From Amphiscolops sp. MND2022 (lineage: Eukaryota): a stretch of DNA of 64,000 nucleotides. Under the pieces are notes generated by a model that was given only the letters and a program-made list of their open reading frames with translations, did not search any database and was not told where the DNA came from. Shown in pieces: positions 50,742 to 63,686 of the stretch. The position numbers and the translations under genes are program-made. The stretch spans positions 80,476,001-80,540,000 of the forward strand of contig OZ076411.1 in NCBI GenBank assembly GCA_964187785.1, in the 5' to 3' direction. Every line of letters starts with the position of its first letter. The first letter of the stretch is position 1.

Positions 50742-51189
50742 ACTATTAGAGTAGTTTTACGCTTGAACAAAACATTGTTCACACATTTTGACTAATAATG
50801 TTCGTATTTAGTGTTTATTGATGACTCAAAACAGGAAGCTGTTGATTTCTCCATCAAAAATGCGTAACTACATAGGAAAAAGTGTGAACAAAGTTTGTAT
50901 CTGAACCCTAAACTATCACCCTGAGAAAAAAATTAAAACTGAACTGTGTTATTGGAAACGCAATTGAGATATAATTAATTGCAAAAACATCATCTTGAAA
51001 AGTGTGGGGAAAAGGAAAAAGTTCCGGAAAAAGTAGTTTCCAAATTTTATGTGTATCCCTTGGGCTACTTTTCGGCACTGAGAAACTGATAAAAGTTTAA
51101 AAATACTGTTCTTTCATATTTAGGAATTTTTTTCAAACTTGAGCCGATCCCGGCTTGTTAATCAAACAGTTAAGAGATATCTCATTTCA

Positions 51190-53520
51190 ATGATTGTATA
51201 CTGTGCCACTTAAATGCTTCGTTTACACTTTTCCAATCAACAAAAAAAAACTCCAGTTGGTTGCAAAATATGAAAAAAAATTAAAGGTGGGACCCTTTGG
51301 AGACTTTGAAAAAATTTCGAAAAAAATTAAATATGAGGTTTTTAAACAGCGTCACAGTGCTGAAAATGTAAAAGGGGTGACCGTTTGGAAATTTTTGACA
51401 TGCATTCTGTTGCAAACTATCGACACAAATGAAGGGACCCTTTTGTGCAATTCAAAATATTTCGAAAAAAGTCTCATATTGCCAAAAAATTCCGAGTGAA
51501 AAACAGCAAAGGGGGTCCTTAGTATGTTTTCGAGGTTGTGGACGTCGGTTTTGTTTCTTTTTGTTTTGGCGAGGTTCTGAGTTTTAGTATTTTGAACCTC
51601 CGTAGTTCATCAACTTGTTAAACAAATGAACAAAAAAGTGTACTTTACGTGTCTAAAAAACTACCCACTGTAATTGTCGGGCTCATTTTCTACTAAAATG
51701 TGCCGAGTAAAAAACGGTATCAAAATTGTATTATAATGGCTGCGGCAACCATAAATTTGGCATGACTAACTATTTAATTTTTTAATCATGTTTTTGACTT
51801 GAAATGTTTTTCAAAAAAAAACATTTTCTTGTTTCGAGTTAGTTTCACTCTTACATTAGAAGCGTTTTGACTGATAATCTAGTGATCTACTACCTCAACT
51901 AGCAAGCTAACCACTACAAGCGATACTGCACCAGGATTGATCGCTATTTACAAAACGCACCAAAACAAAAAGCACCCAAACTCGGCGCGTTTTTGCGAGA
52001 TAACCTCCGGCAATTCGCATGGACAGTGTATTGAGTTTTAGGGTTTATGATTTTCTTTTAATACTTTTTAGGAGTCAGAAAAAAATTTCGACTATTCATG
52101 CAATTTTTTTTCACCCGACTTTCATTTTCTCAAAAAGTGTTCATATTATTTTTCAAAAAATAGCAGCCATTCCACACTCAAAGATGCACTTGCGTGCGCA
52201 ATGGCGTTAAAATCGTATGACTGTTATCTGAGAAACATAGCCAAAGTTAGTTCAAAAATTACCAAAATACGGCTGTTTTAGATTTTTTTTAGATTCTCTC
52301 AAAAACTGATCATAAGATTCGAACGATTTTGCAGTCATTCTACACCATAAAAAAAGTTCTATATCTGCAATTTCATCAAAATGTTAAGACTGGGATTCAA
52401 GTGAGTCAGAGAAAGTCATAACCCTACTTCTTCAACGCACACGCGTCTGTAGTTTCTCATGAACTCTATGACTTGTCAGAACCTTGCGACTTCTTAGGTG
52501 TTTTTCTTTTGCGTTTTCCAGTCTGTGGACGTGTAATTTTAAAAAGCAAGTAGATTTTTTGATTGAAGTCAAATGATGAGCGAAAAATCTTCAGATCAGG
52601 CTTGTTCAGTTTAGTTTTGCAAAGGCAAGCTGTTCCATTGATTTTTAGTCGGCGCATTTTAGAAGAAAATGAGCCCGACTATTACAGTGGCTAGTTTTTG
52701 TTTCGTCAGATAACAGAATGTATGCGTACTGGACACTTTTTACAGAACTACTAAAGTACTGGATCGGCAAACGAGGAGTGCATTTAAGATAGTGCAAAGG
52801 GTCCCCCCTTTCAGTAACTCCACTTTTATCGTAAGATACAAAACCGGACGAGACTATAGGGTCCCCCCTTTGAGTTTTTTTCGGCACTGTGCGACTTTTT
52901 TTCGAATTTTTTTTGTATCCAAAGGGTCCCCCATCGACTTTTTCGATATTTTACAGCAAACTGAAGTTTTGGAAAGCCCAAAGCCCTTTCAAGTTTTTCG
53001 GCACTATAAGACTGGCTCAAAATTCTTTTTCAATTTTTTTCGAAAATTTTTTATTGTCTCGAAAGGGTCCCCCCTTCAATTTTAAAAATATTTTGCAACA
53101 TAATAGATATATAAAAATCCCAAAGGGTCCCCTCTTTCAGATTTTTCGGCACTATGAGACTTCAAAATTGTCATTTTTTGTCTGAAATTAGGTTTTTTCA
53201 GTATATATCCACCAATAATTTTTTTAAAGCTACCCGAAACTTGGACGTAATATGGAGTAAAGCACTATATCCGAATTTTTGACATTATATACGAATTATA
53301 TTCTGTTTTACTAAGGAGGAGGCGGAGGTTCGAAAACAAGCGCTTCCATTTGTCCCAGCACACTATATCCGATCTTTGAGACGTTACACCGCGCAACAAA
53401 TTGGATTTTGAAAAAACCCAAAGGGTCCCACCTTTTACAATTTCAAGAAGTTTGAGTTTTTTGAGCCTTAAATATGGCGCCGACTTTAGACGTTCTCGTC
53501 TTGTTCGACAAAACGTGGTT
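51190..53520. repeat. Complex non-coding repeat family with AAAGGGTCCCCC / TTTTCGGCACT subrepeats, two copies in opposite orientation
   Basis: GGGACCC-type motifs at 51285-51530 and reverse-oriented AAAGGGTCC repeats at 52795-53430. ~55-bp inverted repeat at 51655-51712/52642-52700. A related fragment lies at ~18720-18950. Confidence 0.65.
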
Positions 53521-56500
53521 GACATGGTCAATCATGGAACCAAGAGTCTATTCAGCCCGGTATGCAGATCAAAACGAAAAAAAAAGAAGAAAGCTAATTT
53601 CCTCAATTGTGCGCGCCGAATGAGCAGTTCTGCTTTTCTAAGTCGGCACCCTCTTTCCTTCCTCGCCGTTGCTTTTTGTTTTGTTTTCTCTGCCAAATGC
53701 GCTTTTTTTATTTAAAGTACTTTTTCTGGGTTGGTTGGAAGTTATCAGATTTTAGATACATTGTTTCAGAGGGACAGTACTTTAAGGAGACGCTAACAGA
53801 GCTGCAGTGTTAGGTCTGAAGGGAAGACAACTTGATAGTGAAGTGTTAATTTCGTTGTGTCAGGTTATAAATCAGATTGATGCTTTACAATTTTGAGTAT
53901 AGTATTGAATAAAAAATAGCTATAGCTTGATTACATTAATATTCAGAGTACATAGATCTAATCTAAACATCAAGCAGAGAGGGGGGAGGGTGAATGGTCG
54001 AATATAGGTTATAGGTAAATCATCGAAAATAATTTACAAGAATATCATCCGACCGGGTTTTGAAAAAATTGTTATATCAAGGTAAGGTTATCATGAGATG
54101 GGTTAGAGGTTTGTTCAAATCAGTTGAGGTGGTTTTACAGTTTCTAAGAGAGTTGGTTTTAAGGTGTACAGGACTGAGAAAAATTGTAAGAACAGGAGTA
54201 TATATTCAAACTTTTCATCAATTTGTGTCCGTTTAAAAGGAACAGAATTAGGTTGTAATGTTCACATAGAGTTGGAGTGGGGTTTAAAAGTTATAAGGAT
54301 TAGAATAATTATAGTTTTCTACATGTTATTTTGGGATTTTGTCATTTGATTTTCATAGAGTTCTGTTCATTTTTTTATCGTTTATCTTCTGTGTGGGATT
54401 TTGAAACTTTTGAATGAGGATGCAATGATTGTCAAGTGAAGGCGTGGTGAGAAAAATGATGAGCAGCGTTGAAAGAGCAAAAGTCAAAAAAGGACGGCTT
54501 TGTTGACAAACATGAAGGTTCTTGAAAGACGAAGAGATCTTATTTATCATGTCAACGTAAGCGTTTTTCTTGAGCGTTTTTTGCGTGAAAACAAAACGAA
54601 TTAGTTTGAGAACATTCTGCGGCAAGAAAGCGGCCGGAACAAAGTCAAAATATTCAAAAACAAGTCAGGAATTAGTCAATCTGTGTTAATAATTTGATCA
54701 CATGAAGTGGGTAAAAGAGTGAAAAGGAACTTCGTCATTCAGTAGTTGTCGACAAAAATATCACTCAATTCAAAATCAAACGCAGAGGTGAGTGACTTTT
54801 AATATGTGAACTACGAAAAAGAAAAGAGAGTTGAAAATACGGTTAGAACCGGAGTTAGTGAAGGGTAAAGTTAACACTTCTTGGCGAATGGGGTAAGATT
54901 TGTAGTTGCGGTTGACAAAATGTTGTAAAAAGAGGCTAAATGTTTAAAAAAAGTAGTAAAAACACCACATGTACAGTTGGAGGATATCAAACTACTTATG
55001 CTAAGATAAAAAAAACAGATCATATAGTGTGTAGAATTGAAATTAGAGGGGTATAAAGTTGATATTAAGAACGTCCAAAAACAAATTATTTATTATTATG
55101 TAAATAAATGCTGATTATGTAAATAAAAGCTTACTAAAGTATTTGGGAAGTTAAGGAAAAACATCGTATAGACGGGGTTTGAAACCGAGAACAAGGGGAA
55201 GGCAAATATGAATGAATCTTGGTAAAGTGGTTGAGTTGAGATGATGAAAAAGTAGGTTTTACAAAAAAAAACAGAGAAAATTGTCATATTTGAAGTTAAT
55301 GAACTTCTTGAAGCGAGGTGAGATTACCGGAGATAGTTCATTAAGAGAGTTACAACATGGAGGGGCATAAGAGGTTCAATTCGAATAAGAGTGAGCGCTG
55401 GGGATGAAGCGAAGAGTGGAAATGAATGGGGATTACAATACTTATGGGGTAGATGAGAACAGTTTTGTTGAGGATAACAATCAAAACAATTAGCGTTATT
55501 AGGGGGTAGTGGCACGGTTAATGGATGTAATTTGGGGGGATTGTACTGAGGAGATTTATATTCACGTTATTTAGAGGGGCGTGTGAAATGAATAACTAAA
55601 GTAGTGACATTTTGAATAGTTTTTTTCAAATTCAGCAGCTTGTTCAGCCAGTAGTAGATTCAAATAAGATTCATACAATTTCAATGCATCGTTATATTGA
55701 GTTAATTTTTGCTTGAGGACGGCAGTGTGGACTATCCTTTTTGTTGGGTTGTCTGCTTCGGCAGGGGGCAGTTGAGGACGTTTCAGGGCTTTTCAGGCAG
55801 TTGAGGACGTTTCAGTGAAGATCCCGAGTTAACTGTCGAACAGCGTAAAATTGTTGGAGATGGGAGGATGTTGCAACAGCATCTTGTGGCAAAAGAGGAA
55901 GGGCTTCAGAAGAGGCAGAAGAAGAGGGCAACGGAGAGGAGGTGGGCGGCAGCGGGGGCCTGATGGATGGTGTCGTGGGCGGAGAAAGAATTGCAGCGGA
56001 CGTTGGAAGGGTGAATGTAGACGAATGTGTTGAAGCATTGGGCAAATGAAGAGAATCCAACAGTTTGTTGAGATGTGGTTAAGCGGTGGTGGATAATGGA
56101 GACCTACAAGATGAAGGAGAAGTCATGTTAAAATGAGCAGAAACAGAGACCTAAACAATGGAGAGAGCCGATGAGTAGAGATAATTTTATATGTATGTGT
56201 GTCGAGTTCAAAGTGTGTTCATGTTCAAAGTGTTGTGGTTAACTTTTTTGGAGAAAAAGAGAATGTTTGAAGATGTGATGAGCAGAGGAGAGTTATTTTA
56301 AAAGATCACAACGTAGGCGATGTATAGTTGAAGAGTTTTGATGTAAAGTTTGAAATGCCAATGTTTTTGTTTATGTGTTTATAAAATGGCTTCGAGATTT
56401 CGACCGTTTGGTAATTTGAAGAAAATTCGATGAAGTTTTTCACTAATCTTGAGAAGGTTTATAGACTTCTATACATCCCAAGTGATCGAAAAAGGATCTT

Positions 56501-59149
56501 TTGATGCAACACCAAATTCAGAATTAAACTTGGATGAGAAAGAGCTTTCGAAGAAGCAAGTGTGTCGAGTACGATTTTCAATTGAAATGGAATAGAAACA
56601 ATGGACAGTAGAAGATATTTTTTTGTGAAAAATGAATGACATTTTTGATAGAAAGAATTCAATGATATACTATTTTGTGTCATTTGTAAAAAACGAGTAA
56701 GTGGAGGCTTTTAATAAAAAAGATAATAAGACACAGAAAACGATCAAAATGTGTCAAATTTGAAAAAGTGAACATGGTAATTTTATTCAGGTCTATATGA
56801 GCGTTGTCAGTTAGACAAAAGGAGAATTGATAAACTTGAAATTCGAAAGCAGAGAAACGTGAATGAAACAAGAAAGTGGGAGAGGAAAGTTTCTGTGAAA
56901 ATGGTTTAAAAGGAGGAAGTTTTGAAAATGAAAAATTGTAAGTGGAGACGAAAAAAAAGTATTTTGAAAATCTTTTTGTAAATATACCTAAAGGTGGTTG
57001 AGTGAGAAAAGAAATGTAAAAATATAAAGGACAGAGAAGATCAAAAGTGAATTAAGAAGTGACATTAAATGTAGGAGTTTGGAGGAGAACAAGTTTGTTA
57101 GGAAATTCATTGACATGTACAGTAGAAAGAGTCAAAAATTGAATACTTTGAAGAGTGACGTAGGTGTCAAAAATATGATTGAGGATGACAAAAGGATCGG
57201 TATTAGGGAAAGGTTCAATATGTGGGCGAAGGAGGTTCAGGATTTCAGTTACAAACTTATCAGTGGGACAAGAGAAGGAGTTGATGCAAATATTGGGGTT
57301 GACAGTTTGAAGAACATAGGATGAAGGAATCGGTGGTACTATAGCAGTGGGAGGAGCAGTTGAAGAATCAGTAGAGGGGGATGTGTTTTGGAAGAGCATT
57401 TTGACTTTCTCCAGTTGTATTTTGCGTGAAGGGGAAATATTTTTATTGTTTTTTGAGAATGAAGGAAGAGAGTTTAGCAATAATAAAAGTTAGTGGGGCA
57501 ATAGAGTAATGTTCAGAAACAATGGATGTGCAAAGAGAGCGAGAACGATGATCAAGGGGAGTTTCAACTAGTTTAGACATTTTGGGAAAGAAGTTCGTGA
57601 TATTGATGGGTATGTGTGTAGGTGAAAGAAAATCGTCATTGAGATTGAGTGCTTCCTTGGGAACGAAAAGATGACGAGTGGGGTCATGATAAGGAGAAAG
57701 GATGTGAAATTGTTTGATTGGATCGTAGTTACGGATTGTACCAATAGTAAAGAAGTGGTTTTAAAAATAGTGAGAATGATACCAGAATGGAGGAGATGAA
57801 TTTGTGATTTTGAATTATTAAACTCTGGGGGTACGGTAATAAGTTTGAACGCATAAGTTCGAATTTTAAGTTCGAATGGACAAAGTTCGAATTTTTCCAA
57901 AAACCGGAACAAGTTCGAATCACTGTGTTCGAATTTTGAACTAACCGCCGTAAGTATAAATCGTGCCTCTGATATTTCCCCATTTCATCTAGTGCCCCGC
58001 GGCCCCTTGTGGCCGCTTATGTTCCCATCTTGCTAAGCGAGGTCGAACAGGAGCGAATAGTTTGAGAAGATCAAATTGGAATAGGAAGAAACGAAGACGT
58101 TTATTTTGCCAAAAGTAGTGTTGTTTAAGATTTGTGGAGGCTTATGCGTTCGATCTTGGGGGAAGCGAAAATTATAAGTGGTAGGAGTCATATAAAGAGA
58201 ACGGAGGTTTGCATCAAAATGAGGGTGAGTGCGAAGAAACTCGTCGGTCATTGTATTGGGTTGCGAAAGAATTTTTGTGGATATGAAACAGGAGGGAGAA
58301 TACCACATGTAATGAAAACAGGATCTTCGATTATATTATATTTTTGTTGGGTATAAAATACCAAAATAAAAATACAAACGGTATAAGTGGCATTGTCAAT
58401 AGTTATTTGGAGATTATTAGAGGAGTAGACGAGTGCCGAGTTTTAGGAGAAGAAGAGGTGGGTTGAATATTAAATACAATTGAATTATTGGAAGAGGAAG
58501 GTTTACTTTCAATGGTGGGTTCAGGAGTGATATTGATAGGGTCAAAAGAATGAGGGAGTTCAAGAGTACAAGATTTAAGAGACAAAAGTGGAGATAGGGA
58601 AGCAACACTAGAAAGGAGTTCTTCTTCACAAACTGAAGAAGACATTTTGAGAAGTGATAGTAAAGTATGAATGAGAAAATTTTAAGAAGCAAAGATTTGT
58701 TATAGAGTAGAAGAGGTTACAGAGGTTAATGGAATGTCTTTAAATTTCATAGGTGGTGGAGTAAGGGGATAAACTTTAGTTGATTGCCGTACATTGTGGA
58801 CGGGCGAATTTTTGAAAGAGTTGTCAATATTGGTATTTTCAGGAGGTATGGAACTATGTAAATAAGAGGGAGAAGACAAAGATGGGAATTGGGAGTGTCG
58901 AGGTGAAAAATTATTAGGCGGATTAGTATGTAAATTATAATTAGGAAGAGGAGGTGAAGTATTGTCAGTTATTGGAAAAGTGATAATAGGAGGATTTTGT
59001 GAAGAAATAATAGGGGAGGAGGATTTTTAGGAGATAATATTTGAATGGTGAGATGTGCATGGTATTTTTATTTTTAGAATTTAAAAGGTTTAGGTTTAAG
59101 ATTTAAATGTTAGGTTTGTATTTATGAGAATTCGTATTTTTGTTTTCAG

Positions 59150-62100
59150 TTTTATGCTGTGAAAAGGACGGAATGTCAAAATCATCAAAGTCGTAGTTGG
59201 AATCAAGTGATATTTTCATAGCAGTCATCATTGTTTTGGTTACAGTTCCAAAAAAGCACTAACCAAAAGCAGAAACCAGAGGGATTTGTTTTTTTAAAGA
59301 AATTGCTTAACAGTAAAGCAGCGATATTATCTTAGGAGAGTGTTGAGAGCAAACTGAAGGAAAGAGCAGTGGAGAAACAAACTTCCACATTGAGGTAAAA
59401 TATAGCATGGTTGCCAGAGAGTTTAATGAAAGCATCAGTGAACGATTTAGGCGAAAAGAAAGGAGTCAAGGGTAACATATAGTCATGAAGTGCAAATTCG
59501 GAGTGATTAATAAGGATTATTTGGAAGGCATTCAGAACATTAGGGTGCATTGGCAAGCTAAATTTGCTTAAATCACACTTTCGTGCTTTCAATACCTCGG
59601 ATTCCACGACCATACCTTTAACAGTGCAAAGTTGGCAAATTACGTCATAAGTCCCGGGTTCCACGGATTTCGTCGTGGATTCCAGTAACAAATGCTTACC
59701 TGTACGCACTGTCGGCATGCCGCTTTGTTCCGGATTCCACACAAACGTAAATTTTGCATACCGAATCAATCAGATTGCAGAAATCGTAAAAGTCCTGGAT
59801 TCCACGACTTTATGCTTGACGCGATCTCTTTTTAATTTAAATTCAATTGGAAGACTGAACAAACATAATATTATGCACTACTTTTCGCGTAATGATTCAA
59901 AATCATTCAAACTAACATGCCAATGTTACACAAATTTTCGTATTTTCAAAGTTTATTACCAGTTTTGAACAAACTGCCACATCATCTTAATCTGCCAACA
60001 TTTGATGACATGCTACATATTTTATCTCGCTGATTTGTAAAAGCAACGAAATTTGGCTGAAAAAGTAATTCAAATGTGAAATTAATCATGTATAATTTTG
60101 GTCCCAATCATGAGTAAACTTTTTACTCACGATTGGCATCAAAATATCATAAATTCTTTTTTCATTTTAATATATTAATAGGCCAGCTTTTTGTTCGCAC
60201 GAAAAACATTATGGAATAATTTTGCCTCTCTGACTTTTAATAGCAACGAAATTCGTCTCAAAAGTATTTATGGAAAGCAAGACCATGTTTTTATACATGT
60301 GTCGTGGAAACCGCAAACGTATATTAAATTGTAGGAAACCTGCTACGAAAGGGGGTAGTACGTCAATATTGAAATTTTAATATACCAGACTCAGCGGACC
60401 AATCAGAGAGCAGCGGCAAAAGTGTCATTATAGCAGCAGTATCGTCGTGGAATCCAGGACAAGCACTGTCGTGGAATCCAAGACACGCTTAACGTCAAAG
60501 GGAAAATTTGTCCTGGATTCCACGACTTTTCTCAAATTTCGTATCCCGGATTCCACGACAAGGAGCAAAATAGCTTTTCTATGCTCTGTAATGAAGATTG
60601 TTTATCCACAAATTCATAGCCTATAGCTCTACCTAAAAGTTGAAGAGTATTGTCGGAGTGTTTTGTAAATAAAACTCGATTCTAAAAGTGCTTACGTTCT
60701 TTTTGAGGTTGAATACCTTCTTCTTGGGCAGTAAAGGTGTTTGGACTGACAGCAGTTTGAATTTGAATTGGTTCAAATAATGGAGGAGGGTCATTTTTTA
60801 GGTTGTGGAGTTAAGACAAATTATCGATCAGATTCAGGGTCAAGAGCAATAACATTTTGTGGGTTTTTTTCATATCGAATTTGATTTGCATAATTAAATT
60901 TTCGACGTGTAATTGGGTCAACATACATAACAGTGTCAAGATAAGAGACGGGAATTTTATCAAAACAAAATTCAGCTATACATAAAGGAGGAAGGTGGAG
61001 AGTACAATCATAGAGCCAGGCAGTAGACCCTTCAACATATAGGAAATTACTACGATTTTGGGGAAGGAGAAAACCAGCAAGTTGTGGATTGTTAACAGAC
61101 ATGACGAGGATTGTTAAAAGTTGAGTTCTTTAATTTTCACAAATAGTGTGAAGAGTATTCAATTCGGCAACGGACATTGTTTTAAAGACGTGATTACTAG
61201 GATATTCAATTTTAGTGTTTATATGAACTTCATAATCAATAGTTGCGAAATTTCAATAGGAGTCTAAGGCAGGAAAAATGTGTTTATTTCGAGTATGTAC
61301 GAGTTTACCAGAGATGAGTTGAGTCGAGAGTTTGGTATATTGTTCATCTCCAGGCAGTTGAAAGGGATTGAGTTGACCAGTATGCTTGTTGAATCCTTCT
61401 TAATATGTAAAAAAGAGGTCAGGATATTGGGTAGTATATAATGGTGTGGGTTTATTGCAAAACATTTTACTTTCGGGGAAAATTTCAAAACGAGACAGGC
61501 GAGTTTGAGATTTAGAGTCATGGTAATGAGTTTCAGATGAAATGTGAGATTTGTTATTGTTAAAGAAGTGTTCAATTTCAAGCCAATAACGGTTTCTACA
61601 TTTAGACATACGTCCAATAATGAGTGAATAGAAAAAATTTAACAAAGGTCTTCGGGGTACCAAACAATTGTGAATGGGGTTAAAATGGTAGGTTTGCCAA
61701 AACCATTATCATGGCGGCAAGGTAAAGTAAGACCATGATAGATTAATTTGTTATCTTTATCATCCTATGTTAACTCAATTTCACGAATTATCAAAGACCA
61801 ACTGTCTTTTTCGAATAAATCTTCATAGCGATCCCAACAAACAGCTTTTTCTTTAAGGGTGGATTTTAAAACAAGTTGAGAGTTAGTTACCCAAGCAAAA
61901 GCACCATAGTGAAACGTGTTAAGCATAAGTATTCTAAAAGGAGGTTGTTTAGTTTCAAGAAGGCGTTGTTTTTGAATATCATCAAAGAAAGTAAAGGAGT
62001 TGTTGTAATCAATAGCATTAAATTGAGAGTTGTCAGTACCATTTAGATGACGAATAGCTTGTTTGTATTCCGTGGGGTCTAAAATACGACGGCGTTCCAT

Positions 62101-62480
62101 ATTATTTTGGTAGTAATCAGTGCGATCATGGCGGTGATATCTGTAATCAGTTTGTGCACAAACAACATTTTCGAGTTTAACATAAGCTTCACAAATGCAA
62201 GTTTGTGTCGTTTAGCTTTATGGCGAACACAAACGTTAGCAATAGCACGAGTGCTTTCCAATGCTGAATTGGCTTGAGCACAAGGTTGTACTCAGGATAA
62301 ACTAAACTGACGGAGGTTTTGTTTTTCAGAACAATCATAGTGAGATACTAAGAGGTTAGAGATATGAGGATTATTAGGTTCTACTATATCAGTAGAAGGC
62401 TCAAGTGAGAGAATGAGGAGAAAAAAATATTAGAGGAGGAGAAAGTGGAGAAGAGTTGAGTTGTTCAAAGAGGAAGTCAT
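59150..62480 (-). pseudogene. env: Envelope glycoprotein, chuvirus-G-like class III fusion protein type, disrupted and interrupted by an insertion
   Basis: ATG 62480, hydrophobic signal, then HYDCSEKQNLRQFSLS*VQPC; CEAYVKLENVVC; LYVEGSTAWLYDC...CFDKIPVSYLDTVMYVDPITR; and a C-terminal hydrophobic TM region at ~59330-59420. Confidence 0.7.
59590..60562. mobile_element. ~1-kb non-coding insertion into env with ~10 copies of GTCGTGGAATCC clustered near both ends
   Basis: Motif copies in both orientations at ~59598, 59657, 59670, 59728, 59794, 60300, 60444, 60467, 60512 and 60547. env homology resumes on both sides. Confidence 0.65.
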
Positions 62481-62489
62481 GAGACGAAC

Positions 62490-63686
62490 CTAAAACTGAA
62501 CAGTATATTTGAGAAAGAGTGTGTTTATGAAAGTAATGGATCCGTGAAAAAGACGGAACAGGGGATGATCACTTACAAAACGATCAAGAATGGTGGCAAT
62601 AAAAGGATGAGGGGTTGTTTCAAAATTGACAGTAGTATGAGAAGGGATAGGATGAAGACTTAAATTATGGAATTTAGCTGTGATTTCGAATTTGATTGCA
62701 AGATTTGTAGTGTCCAACCGGTGAAATTTTTTTCGACAACGTTCGTCAGAAATGTGTGTATTAGTTTAGTTTATGAGTGGCAAGGTATAAAAATCGGGGA
62801 TCTTGACGAGAACAAGTGACAAGAGTATTAGTTACAAAAAGAGGATAGTCAAAACGATTAGGTGTAGGGGGAGTAGAGTATTGATCAGTGGTGAGGTCCA
62901 TATTGAGGAGATGAGAATCTGAAGAGAGAACATTGGGGTTTGATAAGTAGGTCTAGAAAAGAGATGACCAGTATGAATAAAAGAAGAAAGTGAAGATCGT
63001 TGAGAAAAGGCAACGTCAACACCAGAGGTGAGAATATTGTTATTAGAGGAGAGAGAATCAGATGAACGATATTGAGCTTGATGTCTTTGTAAAAAAGAAT
63101 TAGTGCTTGCAAGTGAAGGAGAGGGGGAGGAAATCGCGAATATAGAAGAAAAAGGTAGTAAAATCAACGTCAAAGAAAATTTTTCACTGAGGGTTTCAAT
63201 AGGTTCAAGGACAGGAATTTTAAAGGATAGGAGTGGGAAGAGAAAGTCCAGGTTGAGGTTGGGAGCAATGTTGAGGAAGTTGAAGAGAGGTTTTTTAGAA
63301 GTATGAGGTTTAATAAAATTGTCGAGGAGTATAGGGCCAATATCACTGGGATCAGGGATATGACGAAAAGAAGGAGGTGGTGAGTGAGTTGGAGTGATAT
63401 CGAATGGATCTAAAGGTAATTCAGTATCAGAAAAAGGAACAGTTAAAGTTTTTCGAGTTTGGAGAGCAATAGGAGTGGTTTGTGGAGTTTGAATAGGAGT
63501 TTGAGTTTGTGAGGTATGAGTAGGGGTAGTGTTAAGAGAAGGATTGATAGGGATTGGATATAAAGGAGGACGATTTAAAATAAGAGAAGGGGTTTGAGAA
63601 AAATTGATGGTATCGGTATAAACCGAAGAGGAAGCAGAGGAGCTTGAGTTGGTAGAACTAGAAGATGGAGCGACAGAAGAATCCAA
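62490..63686 (-). pseudogene. Ser/Pro/Thr-rich ORF upstream of env, unknown function
   Basis: ORFs 62832-63686 and 62490-62717 on the env strand. The stop lies ~10 bp before the env ATG. Confidence 0.4.

Noticed and set aside
53762-53969. Candidate short LTR (TGTTTCAGA...TCTAAACA, with TATA and AATAAA)
   Set aside because: Imperfect ends, no TSD and no second copy in the window. The adjacent purine tract is on the wrong side for the minus-strand env element, so I left it uncalled.
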